A stretch of DNA of 64,000 nt from Candidatus Latescibacterota bacterium (GTDB lineage: Bacteria > Latescibacterota > UBA2968 > GCA-2709665), in NCBI GenBank assembly GCA_965116875.1, contig OZ220733.1:2816001-2880000 (forward strand), given 5' to 3'. The position numbers and the translations under genes are program-made. Shown here piece after piece: positions 18,976 through 28,000 of this stretch (within the stretch, counting starts at the first letter, position 1; each line of letters opens with the position of its first letter). The notes under the pieces are model-generated. The model was not told the DNA's origin. It saw only the letters and a list, made by a program, of their open reading frames with translations, and searched no databases.

Positions 18976-19674
18976 ATGGCCCTGGATGTACCGATCAGGT
19001 TCGCAAGGGGATTCTCTCCCGGAAGACTTGTACGCGTCCTCTATTCCCCTAAAAGAGCCTTTACCGAAGCCCGAAGCCATCCGACGCAACTGGATTGGAT
19101 CGTTCCCGCAGCCGGCTACTGGATCATCGGCATAATCGCCGTGGTTGCGGTGCCCGCCGCAAGTGCGCTGGCGACAATGGATGGCGACGCGGTCGCCGAT
19201 GTTCTTAATGAAGGCCTGCGGCTGCTGATGGGGATGTTGGGTCAGTTTTTCTTTGCGGGGGCTACTTTCGTATTCTGGACCACTGTTTACATCTTTTTGG
19301 AAGTCGTCTATCTGCTCGTCGTTTTCAATGTCTTTCTGGGCCGGGACATTGGGTTCAAGTGTGCCCTGATTGTCCTCGGATACACGATGGTTCTGGACAG
19401 CCTTGAAATCGTATTGATGGCAATTCCTTTGGCTGTTGACAGTTCATATACACCCGATACTACGTTGAACCCACTGATTCCGGATCCTTGGAAGCAGACG
19501 ACGGCTGGGTCAATCCTGGCCGCTGCGGACTTGAAGGATCTATGGAAGAGCTTTTTGTTCGAAACCGGGACGACGGTCATGGCGGGCCAACAGCGCCGGT
19601 CGTGGTTGGTGGTGCTTGCATTGTGGTGTCTGTGGACCATCGCCAGAGCATCCGGCGTTGAATTCACCCGGTAA
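18976..19674 (+). CDS. YIP1-like membrane protein
   Basis: VLYSPKRAF...DWIVP N-terminus followed by about five hydrophobic helices; start probably ATG 18976. Confidence 0.6.
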   Translation: MALDVPIRFARGFSPGRLVRVLYSPKRAFTEARSHPTQLDWIVPAAGYWIIGIIAVVAVPAASALATMDGDAVADVLNEGLRLLMGMLGQFFFAGATFVFWTTVYIFLEVVYLLVVFNVFLGRDIGFKCALIVLGYTMVLDSLEIVLMAIPLAVDSSYTPDTTLNPLIPDPWKQTTAGSILAAADLKDLWKSFLFETGTTVMAGQQRRSWLVVLALWCLWTIARASGVEFTR

Positions 19675-19816
19675 ACGCAGCAATCGATTTCCGAAGTCTC
19701 CAGTGCGGAGCCGGCCGCATTTATGCGCGGTTTTCTTCAATATGCGCGAAGGGTACGATGCTGTGATTTGCAGCAGACAGGTCTCATGAAAACGGCGTAA
19801 TCCACAACCTGATGGA

Positions 19817-20113
19817 GTGAAGATGACGGCGAGGAAGCGTTGGATACTCAGGGCTGTAATTCTGTCTCTGTTGGCATTTGTCCTGTTGCCAATCCCAATC
19901 CCGAACGTAGGAATAAGCGGTACGCTTAAGATCGGGCCTCGGCAGCCGCCCCTGACTCGGCACATCGAGGTCGCTCGAGATTCGATAATTACCACGGTAA
20001 AATTCGGGGTTGATACGGTCGGGTACTTTACGACCCGAACGGCCGTCGCTCTCGAGCGGACGCCGCAGGGGGATGCGGCTGGCGAACCCACGTCCGAGTC
20101 CCGGAAGCCGTGA
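19817..20113 (+). CDS. Small hypothetical protein with N-terminal hydrophobic segment
   Basis: GGAG RBS, basic N-region then ILRAVILSLLAFVLLPIP. Confidence 0.4.
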   Translation: MKMTARKRWILRAVILSLLAFVLLPIPIPNVGISGTLKIGPRQPPLTRHIEVARDSIITTVKFGVDTVGYFTTRTAVALERTPQGDAAGEPTSESRKP

Positions 20114-20205
20114 ACGAGGGGTTGAATGCCAGGCAACTCATTGGGCTGACACGTAGGGTTGAGGCTGGCGGGTAGTCGAGTCAAACATCGAACCGGGAAT
20201 GCACC

Positions 20206-21258
20206 ATGTCGAAAGCGCGAACTACAGTTTTGGGGGACGACAACAAAACCCGGCTTCGTGGCAGGGCGTTTCCGGATACCGGCGGGGCGGAAATCTGCGG
20301 TGTGGCCGCCTGCTTTAGACTGGCGACGTCGGTTGCAGTCGTCGCACTGAGTTGGTTCGCAGCCACCCTTACGGCGACCGCTCAAGGCCAGGACGGCTTC
20401 TATCTGCGGGGCGATTTCGGGGACTCGGACGCCTTGACCATTCGGGGGAGCATGGAGGGTGTCGACCAGCCCACGCGTTGTGACCGGCTGTTGTATCCCG
20501 ATCCGACCGCTCTCTCAGACGACCCGGCCTGTTCTGAATCCGCTTCCGGCGTGTTCGCGACAACGGCATTTGATCGGGGCGCGGAAACCATGACCAGCGC
20601 AACCGCTCTCGCGTTGGGGTACTCCCGTGGCTGGATCCGACTGGAAGCCGAATTGAACAACACCGTGCTGGGTGCAACCTCGGCGCCGCTGGTGGACGCG
20701 GGCCGGCTGGCGTCAGAGCGGGTGGACGAGTGGAGCGCCGTCGAGGGACCTCAAGCCAGGGTTTCGGGATTCAGCATTACGGACCTGTTTGTGAACGTAC
20801 TTCTCGACTACCAAAATTCCTCGCGTTTCACGCCGTTCTTCGGCGTCGGTGGAGGCGTGTCCAATGTCATACTCGTTTTCGACGGTTTTCGGGTCCGGCG
20901 AACGCTCACTGACGGATTCGCGCCCGCAGGCGGCGTAGACCCTGCTGCCGACACCCTCATTCCTGCATGGCAGTCGCGGGCGGCGGGAACGGCCGATACC
21001 GTGTCACTACCCTTTGCCGAATCGACGACGGGGACGAACCTGATCGGAGGGGTGGCATTCGAGGCGGACGACAGATTCAGCATTGCGCTTCGGGGGCGTT
21101 ACGCGCGTTACGGGGATGTCCGCAAACCTGGCAGGTGGGACCAGATGCGAAGTCACGCGCCGGTGCTCGCAGACGGGAATACGCCCGCAACCTTCGACCT
21201 CGTTCTCGGTGACATCGTGTATTATTCGGTCACCGTCTCGTTTATGTACGACCTCTAA
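20206..21258 (+). CDS. Outer-membrane beta-barrel (opacity/LomR-like) protein with a captured N-terminal extension
   Basis: GFYLRGDFG, RLEAEL, SRFTPFFGVGGG, terminal beta-strand YSVTVSFMYDL; signal-like segment at aa ~38-60. Confidence 0.7.
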   Translation: MSKARTTVLGDDNKTRLRGRAFPDTGGAEICGVAACFRLATSVAVVALSWFAATLTATAQGQDGFYLRGDFGDSDALTIRGSMEGVDQPTRCDRLLYPDPTALSDDPACSESASGVFATTAFDRGAETMTSATALALGYSRGWIRLEAELNNTVLGATSAPLVDAGRLASERVDEWSAVEGPQARVSGFSITDLFVNVLLDYQNSSRFTPFFGVGGGVSNVILVFDGFRVRRTLTDGFAPAGGVDPAADTLIPAWQSRAAGTADTVSLPFAESTTGTNLIGGVAFEADDRFSIALRGRYARYGDVRKPGRWDQMRSHAPVLADGNTPATFDLVLGDIVYYSVTVSFMYDL

Positions 21259-21412
21259 AAAGCTGGCCTCCCGGGATGATATTTCGGACGAACCCGCCAC
21301 GGCATTGCCGCCGAAGTGAGGAATCGGTTCCAGGTTCAGTAAGCAGGATGCGTGAACGGGAGGATTGGACGTTTATTCCAGGTCGAACAGAAAACTGAAA
21401 AGGAATTGTGCC

Positions 21413-22432
21413 ATGCCTGAAGCGCGAATCGCGATTGTGGGCGCCGGAAATATGGCTCGGGTCCGGGGCCATGCATTTCTGGATACCGGACGAGCGGAGA
21501 TCTGCGGCGTGGCCGCCCGTCGACGGGACACGGCCGAACGCTGCGCGGAGGAGTTGGGTTGCGCGGTTTCCGGCGATGACTATCGGAAGTTGGCCGAGTC
21601 CCGCCCGGACGCGGTCCTGATCGAAGTGCCGCATCGCGTTCAGGACGAAGCGGCGATGTGGGCGCTGGATGCCGGCTACGACCTCCTCGTCGGCGGCTGC
21701 CTCGCGTCTTCTCTCGAGAACGGGAAGCGGATTGTGGAGATGGCAGACCGGTCGGGGCGAATCGTGGAGGCCGGGTTCCAGCGCCGCTACGATCCGGCCT
21801 GGGAAGAGATCCGGCGCATTGTCGCGGGAGGAGAACTGGGATCGCCGGTGATGGCGGTCACCATGGCCCTGTGGAATCCGGATCCGGACGCCTGGTACTA
21901 CGATCAGGAGGCCAGCGGGGGCATGCCGCTGACCCACATGAGCTACTGTTATCTGAATGCCGTACGCTGGATACTCGGCAAGCCGACAGCGGTGTCCGCG
22001 ATGGCCAACAAAAGGCGGAATACGGGGCCCGGTCACGTTGACGAGGAGACGTGCGGGGCCCTGATCGGATTCGAAAACGGCGCATTTGCGTCAGCCACGG
22101 CCAGTTATATCGGCCCTGAGGGCATGACCGACCCGCAGCCGCGATTCATCTGTGTCAACGGCGGAATTCAGACGAATGCCGGGAGCCCGCCCGGCAAGGA
22201 CGCCATTACTGTGTATAGGGAAGGTTGCTCCGAAGTCCGGAGCTTTGAGGCGGAACCATCGTCTATGGTGAGGCAGGCGCACGCCTTTCTGGACGCCATC
22301 GAGCGCCGTCTCGAGGCCCGCAATCCTCCCGTGGATGCCTTGCTTGACGTCGAAATTGCGGAAGCCATCTCCATCTCGGTACGGGAACAGAGGACCGTCA
22401 CGATCAATTCGCGGATGCCCGATTTCCTGTAG
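21413..22432 (+). CDS. Gfo/Idh/MocA family oxidoreductase (atypical, lacks EKP)
   Basis: IAIVGAGNMA, AGFQRRYDP, WYY..ASGG; the EKP position reads GGC. Confidence 0.85.
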   Translation: MPEARIAIVGAGNMARVRGHAFLDTGRAEICGVAARRRDTAERCAEELGCAVSGDDYRKLAESRPDAVLIEVPHRVQDEAAMWALDAGYDLLVGGCLASSLENGKRIVEMADRSGRIVEAGFQRRYDPAWEEIRRIVAGGELGSPVMAVTMALWNPDPDAWYYDQEASGGMPLTHMSYCYLNAVRWILGKPTAVSAMANKRRNTGPGHVDEETCGALIGFENGAFASATASYIGPEGMTDPQPRFICVNGGIQTNAGSPPGKDAITVYREGCSEVRSFEAEPSSMVRQAHAFLDAIERRLEARNPPVDALLDVEIAEAISISVREQRTVTINSRMPDFL

Positions 22433-22458
22433 GGGCGACCGGCCGGTCGCCCCTACAG
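22427..22458. repeat. GTAG-type REP, perfect 32-bp palindrome supplying the upstream stop codon
   Basis: CTGTAGGGGCGACCGGCCGGTCGCCCCTACAG; TAG 22430-22432. Confidence 0.9.
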
Positions 22459-22479
22459 ATTCACCATCACATTTAGAAG

Positions 22480-25311
22480 ATGTGCCTGGATAATCATCGG
22501 CTGTTGAAACCATTGTGCCGTCTGTTCGTCGCAACGCTCTTCATTGCCGTGCCAACAGACGCAAAGGAGGCCCATGTCATGAAAACCGATGAAGGTACGA
22601 CGGAAACCGGGAATTCGAAGACGATCGGCGTTACCGGATCGGTCTTCATGCAGGCAGAGGCCGCCGGGATCGACACCCGCCGGGCGGAGGTCGTCGCACA
22701 AAGCGGTTTCTCCGGTGAAAAGGGCGTTTCGCTCAAGGCCGGCGTGGCCGCCAACGTGGAGTCGTCCGGCGTCGGCCCGGACCTGGTTTTCAGGGTACGT
22801 GCGTCCAGGGCCGGGCGGTACGTGATCCGCACGCACGCGGCCACGGACGCCAGGGGCAGCGAGACCATGCGAAAGGCCAGGAGTAAGTTTGATTCAATGT
22901 ACCTTAAGATCGCCGTCGGAGATGCCCGCCCCACCAAACGCGTGGTATTCGTGCCATGGAGCCGACCGGAGAGTTGCACGCAGACAGCCGGAAAGTTCAA
23001 TCTCGACGAACGGGATCAGGAGATCCGGGTCTGGCTGCCGGAGGGCGTGCGCCTGGATTACCTCGAGGTAAGCCCGTACACGCCGCCTGACGTCCCTGAG
23101 GCCGCGACCGAATACCGGCCGGAGGTCGTTCCGCCGGCATCCCGTCCGCGTGTCTGGGTGAACGAACAGTCGCTGCCGGCGGTCCGGGCGAACCTGACAA
23201 AAGGCGAAAACGCGCCGCTCTGGGACCAGGTGAGGGAACAGGCGGCCGAACCCTTCGCGTTTGAAGCTGAACCGGGTACGGAAGTTCCCTATAACGCCGA
23301 ACTCGAAAAAGCCGCCGTTGCCAGGGCTTTCGTTTATTTGATGAACGGTGAAGAAACGCCCGGCCGGGAAGCGGTGGCGCTGGTTCGCGACTATCTTGCC
23401 GCGGTCGAATTCGGAAACCTGCTCGACATCACGCGGGAAATCGGTCGCGCCATCTACTCTGCAGCTCTGGTCTACGACTGGTGCTACGACTTGATGACAC
23501 CCGACGACCGGGAGAGCATCCGCGGCAATCTCATGCGTCTTGCCGACGATATGGAAATCGGCTGGCCGCCGTTCAAGCAGATCATCGTCAACGGCCATGG
23601 CAACGAGGCGCAGGTCAACCGCGATCTGCTATGCATGGCCATCGCCATCTACGACGAAGACCCGGTGCCGTATCGATACTGCGCCTACCGCATCCTGGAA
23701 GAACTCGTTCCGATGCGCCGGTTCGAATACCAGTCCCCGCGCCACAACCAGGGCGTCAGCTACGGCCCGTACCGGTTCGGCTGGGATATGCACGCCGCCT
23801 GGCTCTTTTACCGCATGACCGGCCAGCGTGTCTTCGACGACAATATCGCGGACGTCTGGAAGTTCTGGCTCTACATGCGCATGCCGAACGAAGAGACGCT
23901 GCGAGACGGCGACGGGTTTTCTGACGGCAGGCCGGCAAGTCTCGGCGCTACCGCGCTGCTCAGTTCCGCGTACAGCAGCGATCCGGTTATCAAGCGCGAT
24001 TTCGAGCGGCAGGGCGGGCTTCCCGCGGACCCGATCATGGTGCTGCTGCTGAACGACCCGGACCTGAAGGCTGCGGAAAACTTCGATTCATTGCCGCGCA
24101 CCATCGACTTCGGCCCGGTCCTCGGTTCGATGGTTGCCCGGACCGGCTGGAACATGGGCCCGGGCGTGTCCGACGTGGTCGTGGAGATGAAGGGCGGGGG
24201 ATATCACTTCGGCAATCACCAGCACGCTGACGCGGGCAGCTTCCAGATCTACTACCGCGGGCTCCAGGCGGCCGATCTGGGGCAGTACCATTTCTATGGA
24301 ACGCCCTACGATTTCAATTTCTGCAAGCGTTCGGTTTCGCACAGCATGATGCTGGCGGTCGATCCCGATGAGCAGTACATCCGCAATACCGTCAATGACG
24401 GAGGCGCGCGCTTCATTCAGTCATGCCCAACCACACCGGAACAGGCGCTTTCGGATCCGACGTTCGCCAACGGCGAGGTCGTCTCGGCCGGCTTTGGCCC
24501 GTCGCCGCAGCGGCCGTTCTACAGCACCTTCTCGGTCAACCTGACGTCGGCGTACAGCGAGAAGATCGAGGACTACGTCCGGTCTTTCTGCTTCCTGAAT
24601 CTCGACAACGAGCAGACTCCCGCGGTTCTGATCGTCCTGGACAACATGACCACCGCCAGACCGGAGTTCAGGAAATACTGGCAGGTCAACACCCTCAACC
24701 CTCCCGAAACCACGGACGACGGCGTGATCCTGAGAAACAGCGACGCTGACGGGACCGGAAAGGTCGTACTCCGGATGCTGAGGCCGGGGGCGAATGAGCG
24801 GGACCTTCAGGTTCTGAGCGGCAAGGAAGCCAACAGCGTGTTCGGACAGGTTTTCACGCCGCCGAAACCCGACCGGCCGGAAGCGAACGGGCATCGTGTG
24901 ATGTTCTCGCCTGCCAACGAGCAGGCCAACGATGTGTTTCTGACGGTGATGTCGATCTCTGAAGAACAGGCGCCGGACCTGCCGGTTGACCTCGTGGAAC
25001 TCCCCGAAGCCTTCGTCGTTTCGCTGGCAGACCGTGTGGTGGTCTTGAGCCGGACCGGCAAGCTGCTGGAACAGCCGCTGAAGGTTGACGTTGCCGCCGG
25101 CGAAAGCCGCCAGTTGCTGCTGGCCGGCCTGGCGCCGGGCGACTGGAGTATTCGCGACCGGGACGGTAACGTCCAGTATAACGCCCGCGTCGAGGCTCGG
25201 AGAAACACCGCGTATTTTGTGGTTCCCGGCGGGCAGTACACCGTTCAACCCGAAGCCATCCCCGGCGCGACGGAGTTCCAGGCCCCACCGGACTTCATGC
25301 CAGGGCTCTGA
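22480..25311 (+). CDS. Heparinase II-like (PL21-type) heparin/heparan lyase with N-terminal beta domain
   Basis: GHGNE, AIAIYDE, HNQGVSYG, VARTGW, NHQHADAGSFQIYYRG match the His/Tyr/His arrangement of heparinase II; start uncertain (22480 or 22579). Confidence 0.8.
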   Translation: MCLDNHRLLKPLCRLFVATLFIAVPTDAKEAHVMKTDEGTTETGNSKTIGVTGSVFMQAEAAGIDTRRAEVVAQSGFSGEKGVSLKAGVAANVESSGVGPDLVFRVRASRAGRYVIRTHAATDARGSETMRKARSKFDSMYLKIAVGDARPTKRVVFVPWSRPESCTQTAGKFNLDERDQEIRVWLPEGVRLDYLEVSPYTPPDVPEAATEYRPEVVPPASRPRVWVNEQSLPAVRANLTKGENAPLWDQVREQAAEPFAFEAEPGTEVPYNAELEKAAVARAFVYLMNGEETPGREAVALVRDYLAAVEFGNLLDITREIGRAIYSAALVYDWCYDLMTPDDRESIRGNLMRLADDMEIGWPPFKQIIVNGHGNEAQVNRDLLCMAIAIYDEDPVPYRYCAYRILEELVPMRRFEYQSPRHNQGVSYGPYRFGWDMHAAWLFYRMTGQRVFDDNIADVWKFWLYMRMPNEETLRDGDGFSDGRPASLGATALLSSAYSSDPVIKRDFERQGGLPADPIMVLLLNDPDLKAAENFDSLPRTIDFGPVLGSMVARTGWNMGPGVSDVVVEMKGGGYHFGNHQHADAGSFQIYYRGLQAADLGQYHFYGTPYDFNFCKRSVSHSMMLAVDPDEQYIRNTVNDGGARFIQSCPTTPEQALSDPTFANGEVVSAGFGPSPQRPFYSTFSVNLTSAYSEKIEDYVRSFCFLNLDNEQTPAVLIVLDNMTTARPEFRKYWQVNTLNPPETTDDGVILRNSDADGTGKVVLRMLRPGANERDLQVLSGKEANSVFGQVFTPPKPDRPEANGHRVMFSPANEQANDVFLTVMSISEEQAPDLPVDLVELPEAFVVSLADRVVVLSRTGKLLEQPLKVDVAAGESRQLLLAGLAPGDWSIRDRDGNVQYNARVEARRNTAYFVVPGGQYTVQPEAIPGATEFQAPPDFMPGL

Positions 25312-25348
25312 TAGGTGCCAGGACGAAAACAAGCTAGATTGGATTTCG

Positions 25349-26374
25349 CTATGCCGGTTTTCGGGCGTGGACGAAGTACATCGGCGTGAAGATTCCCAGC
25401 CGACCCGCTTCGACCATGGCTTCCGCACAGAGGTCCAGAGTTTCCACAACGCGGACCGATCCATGCGGCGCCACGCGGGTCGCCTCGAGCGCCTTAAGGG
25501 TATTCCTGGTGATCCAGCGCCCGAACCTCGATCTGCGAAAACCTGCCAGAGAAAAACCGGAACCGATCAGCGGTTGATACCAGGGGATGGACGGACCACT
25601 CTGGATCGAAAGATCCCGAACTTCCAATAACTCAAAGCCAACCGTTCGAAGCGCTTGATCGACCGTGTGCGTGTCGTCGATTACGAACAGGCTGCCTCCC
25701 AGCTGGATGTCGGCCTTGATTCTGAGATGGTGGGGATCGCCGACGTCGAAACGGTCGGTCAAGCAGTATTGGTAACCGCCAAAGCATCCGCCCGGTTTCA
25801 GAAGACGAAAGATCTCGCCATAGATGCTGAGTTTATCCGGTGCATGGCAGGTCGCCTCGATATCGTAGACAGCGTCGAACGACTCGTCCGGGGCGTCCAC
25901 GTTCAGGAAGTCGCATTGCAGGAACTCGACCTGGTGCGTCAGGCCCGCTTCTTCCGTGCGTTTCCGGGCGCGTTCGAGTTGATAGGCATTGATGTTTACC
26001 CCGACGATCCTGGCGCCGGAAAAGCGTGCGATCTCCAGTAACGGCCCGCCAACGCCGCAACCCACGTCGGCAACGACCATCCCGGTTTTGAGTCCGAGTA
26101 CCTGCGCCAGATGGCGTTGGTGGCGTACAAGCGATGCCTCGAAGCTCTCTCCCGGGACACGCGGGGCAAAGTGAAATGATCTGCCCCATCCGTATTCATA
26201 GAAGTCCGTAACCAGATCGTAGTAGAGAACGCTGACTTTCCTGTCGTCGCTGTCGTCATTCCCCGCGACGGCTTCCCTGGCCATCCTGAAACCTTCCTCG
26301 TATTCGCGGATGGTCTGTTGGGCGCCGGAATTGTCCTGTTTGTGTTTCAGGTCTCTTGAGAGTTTGACTGGCAT
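25349..26374 (-). CDS. smt: Sterol C24-methyltransferase (SMT/ERG6-like)
   Basis: YYDLVTDFYEYGWGRSFHFA, DVGCGVGGP, IEATCHAP, LKPGG, PWYQPL and C-terminal GIFTPMY..ARKP. Confidence 0.92.
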   Translation of the reverse strand: MPVKLSRDLKHKQDNSGAQQTIREYEEGFRMAREAVAGNDDSDDRKVSVLYYDLVTDFYEYGWGRSFHFAPRVPGESFEASLVRHQRHLAQVLGLKTGMVVADVGCGVGGPLLEIARFSGARIVGVNINAYQLERARKRTEEAGLTHQVEFLQCDFLNVDAPDESFDAVYDIEATCHAPDKLSIYGEIFRLLKPGGCFGGYQYCLTDRFDVGDPHHLRIKADIQLGGSLFVIDDTHTVDQALRTVGFELLEVRDLSIQSGPSIPWYQPLIGSGFSLAGFRRSRFGRWITRNTLKALEATRVAPHGSVRVVETLDLCAEAMVEAGRLGIFTPMYFVHARKPA

Positions 26375-26487
26375 CGAATTGCTCCCCGGCGCGTTCTTTC
26401 GGTTTTATGGCCCGTGGCACGGAATCCGGAGACCGGACGGCCTTCCTTTCCGAAATGTAAACGAAAAATAGGCCGCCCGCCATAGAG

Positions 26488-26528
26488 AAAAAAATCGGCG
26501 CCTTGTATCGGAAACACAGGGCGCCGAT
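26488..26528 (-). terminator. Intrinsic terminator upstream of smt
   Basis: Minus strand ATCGGCGCCCTGT-loop-ACAAGGCGCCGAT followed by a T-run. Confidence 0.7.
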
Positions 26529-26602
26529 ATCGCTACAAAGTCGCTCGCTGAAACGCACTCATGGGTTCAAACCGCACCTTCGCGACCTGCCCCGGTCCCT
26601 TC

Positions 26603-26824
26603 CTAATATTCCTGGATATCCACTTTCTCGCGAAACGCTGTCAGGTCGAGGTCTCCCCGGCTATAGGCATCGACATCCTGCTTCTTGACCTTCAGCACTA
26701 AGCTACGTTGTTTTAGCTTGCTGCTGCGTAATCCTACAAGGAAGCGAACTTCAACTACGATGTATTCATCACCCGCGGACTCGTCCTGATCACGGGTATG
26801 TGTCAGGATACCGATTGACATCAT
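26603..26824 (-). CDS. Small hypothetical protein or C-terminal gene remnant
   Basis: Protein-like composition (LVLKVKKQDVDAYSRGDLDLTAFREKV), followed by a terminator. Confidence 0.4.
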   Translation of the reverse strand: MMSIGILTHTRDQDESAGDEYIVVEVRFLVGLRSSKLKQRSLVLKVKKQDVDAYSRGDLDLTAFREKVDIQEY

Positions 26825-26993
26825 AAGGGATTTTAATCATGGTTGGATCATGATGAAGAATAGCGGGTCGCTCGTGTATGTTTTCAGTCTGTATCGTCAT
26901 CAGAACACTCGCGGCACAACCGACGCAACGAGCCGTCTGAGCGCATCCCCGAATCACAATTTCGGGGAAATGCGGGATAACAGGAGAACGTGA

Positions 26994-27773
26994 ATGAAAT
27001 CGGATTTGCGGAAGGAATATGATGACAAGGGATTCTGCATCGCGAGCGGGGCGATAGACGCGGGTCTGGCGGCAGAAACGGTCGATCACGTGCGGTGGCT
27101 GGTCAAGAGGCATCCCGAAACACGGCCCGAGAAATTGCACCATCGTCTGCTTGTGGACGATCCGTTTATGCACCGGCTGGTCTGCGACGACCGGCTGCTG
27201 GATATCGCGGCACAGTTCATCGGACCCAACGTGGCCATGTTCGGCGCCCACTATATCGCCAAGAAGCCCGAGACCGGGCAGGCCGTGCGATGGCACCAGG
27301 ACGGATCCTACTGGCCGCTGGAGCCGATGGAAGTGACAACGCTTTGGGTCGCGGGAACCGATTCCACCGTTGAAAACGGGTGCATGCGGGTCTTGCCGGG
27401 GACGCACACCCGGAAACTGTTGAAGGCCTCGGAGATGGTGGAACTGGACACCAAAAAGTACGTTCTCGGAATCGGTATGCGTCCCGATCAGATCGACGAG
27501 GCGGATGCCGTGGACGTGGAACTCAAAGCGGGGGATATTTCCATCCACCACCCCAATATCATCCACGGCTCCAACTACAATACGTCGGACCAGTGGCGGG
27601 TGGGGCTCACCCTTCGCTATATTCCCACCAGCACTCACGTCACACGGAAGGAACAGCGGTCCATCCTGTGCCGGGGGGCGCCGATCCCCGAGGTCGGAAA
27701 CTTCTATGTGCCGCGGCCGAAATACGTCGAAGGAAAACACATGGCCTTTGCGGGGTGTGAGGCGTGGGTGTAG
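26994..27773 (+). CDS. PhyH family Fe(II)/2OG dioxygenase
   Basis: WHQDGSYWP, ENGCMRVLPGTH, IHGSNYN..R.GLTLRY; GGAG RBS. Confidence 0.9.
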   Translation: MKSDLRKEYDDKGFCIASGAIDAGLAAETVDHVRWLVKRHPETRPEKLHHRLLVDDPFMHRLVCDDRLLDIAAQFIGPNVAMFGAHYIAKKPETGQAVRWHQDGSYWPLEPMEVTTLWVAGTDSTVENGCMRVLPGTHTRKLLKASEMVELDTKKYVLGIGMRPDQIDEADAVDVELKAGDISIHHPNIIHGSNYNTSDQWRVGLTLRYIPTSTHVTRKEQRSILCRGAPIPEVGNFYVPRPKYVEGKHMAFAGCEAWV

Positions 27774-28000
27774 TCCGGGTTCACGGGATTGAGGATATCT
27801 GGGGACCGAGGGCGCCTGCCCGCGGCGGGGAATGTGCGGAGCCGTGCCGCGGTAGCCACGAATGCCGTTCCCGGGAGCGAGGGCAGAGATGTCCTCGACG
27901 GCGAATGCGATAGGCCGTGGCGCCAACGTTTCTATGAATCCGGGCGATAGATCCGACGAGTAACCGCTGTTCTCCCACAATATCTCGAGTCAACTTTCCG

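Noticed and set aside
27774-28000. Possible att site or integrase at the island's left border
   Set aside because: No tRNA, integrase or direct repeat matching the right border was visible by eye
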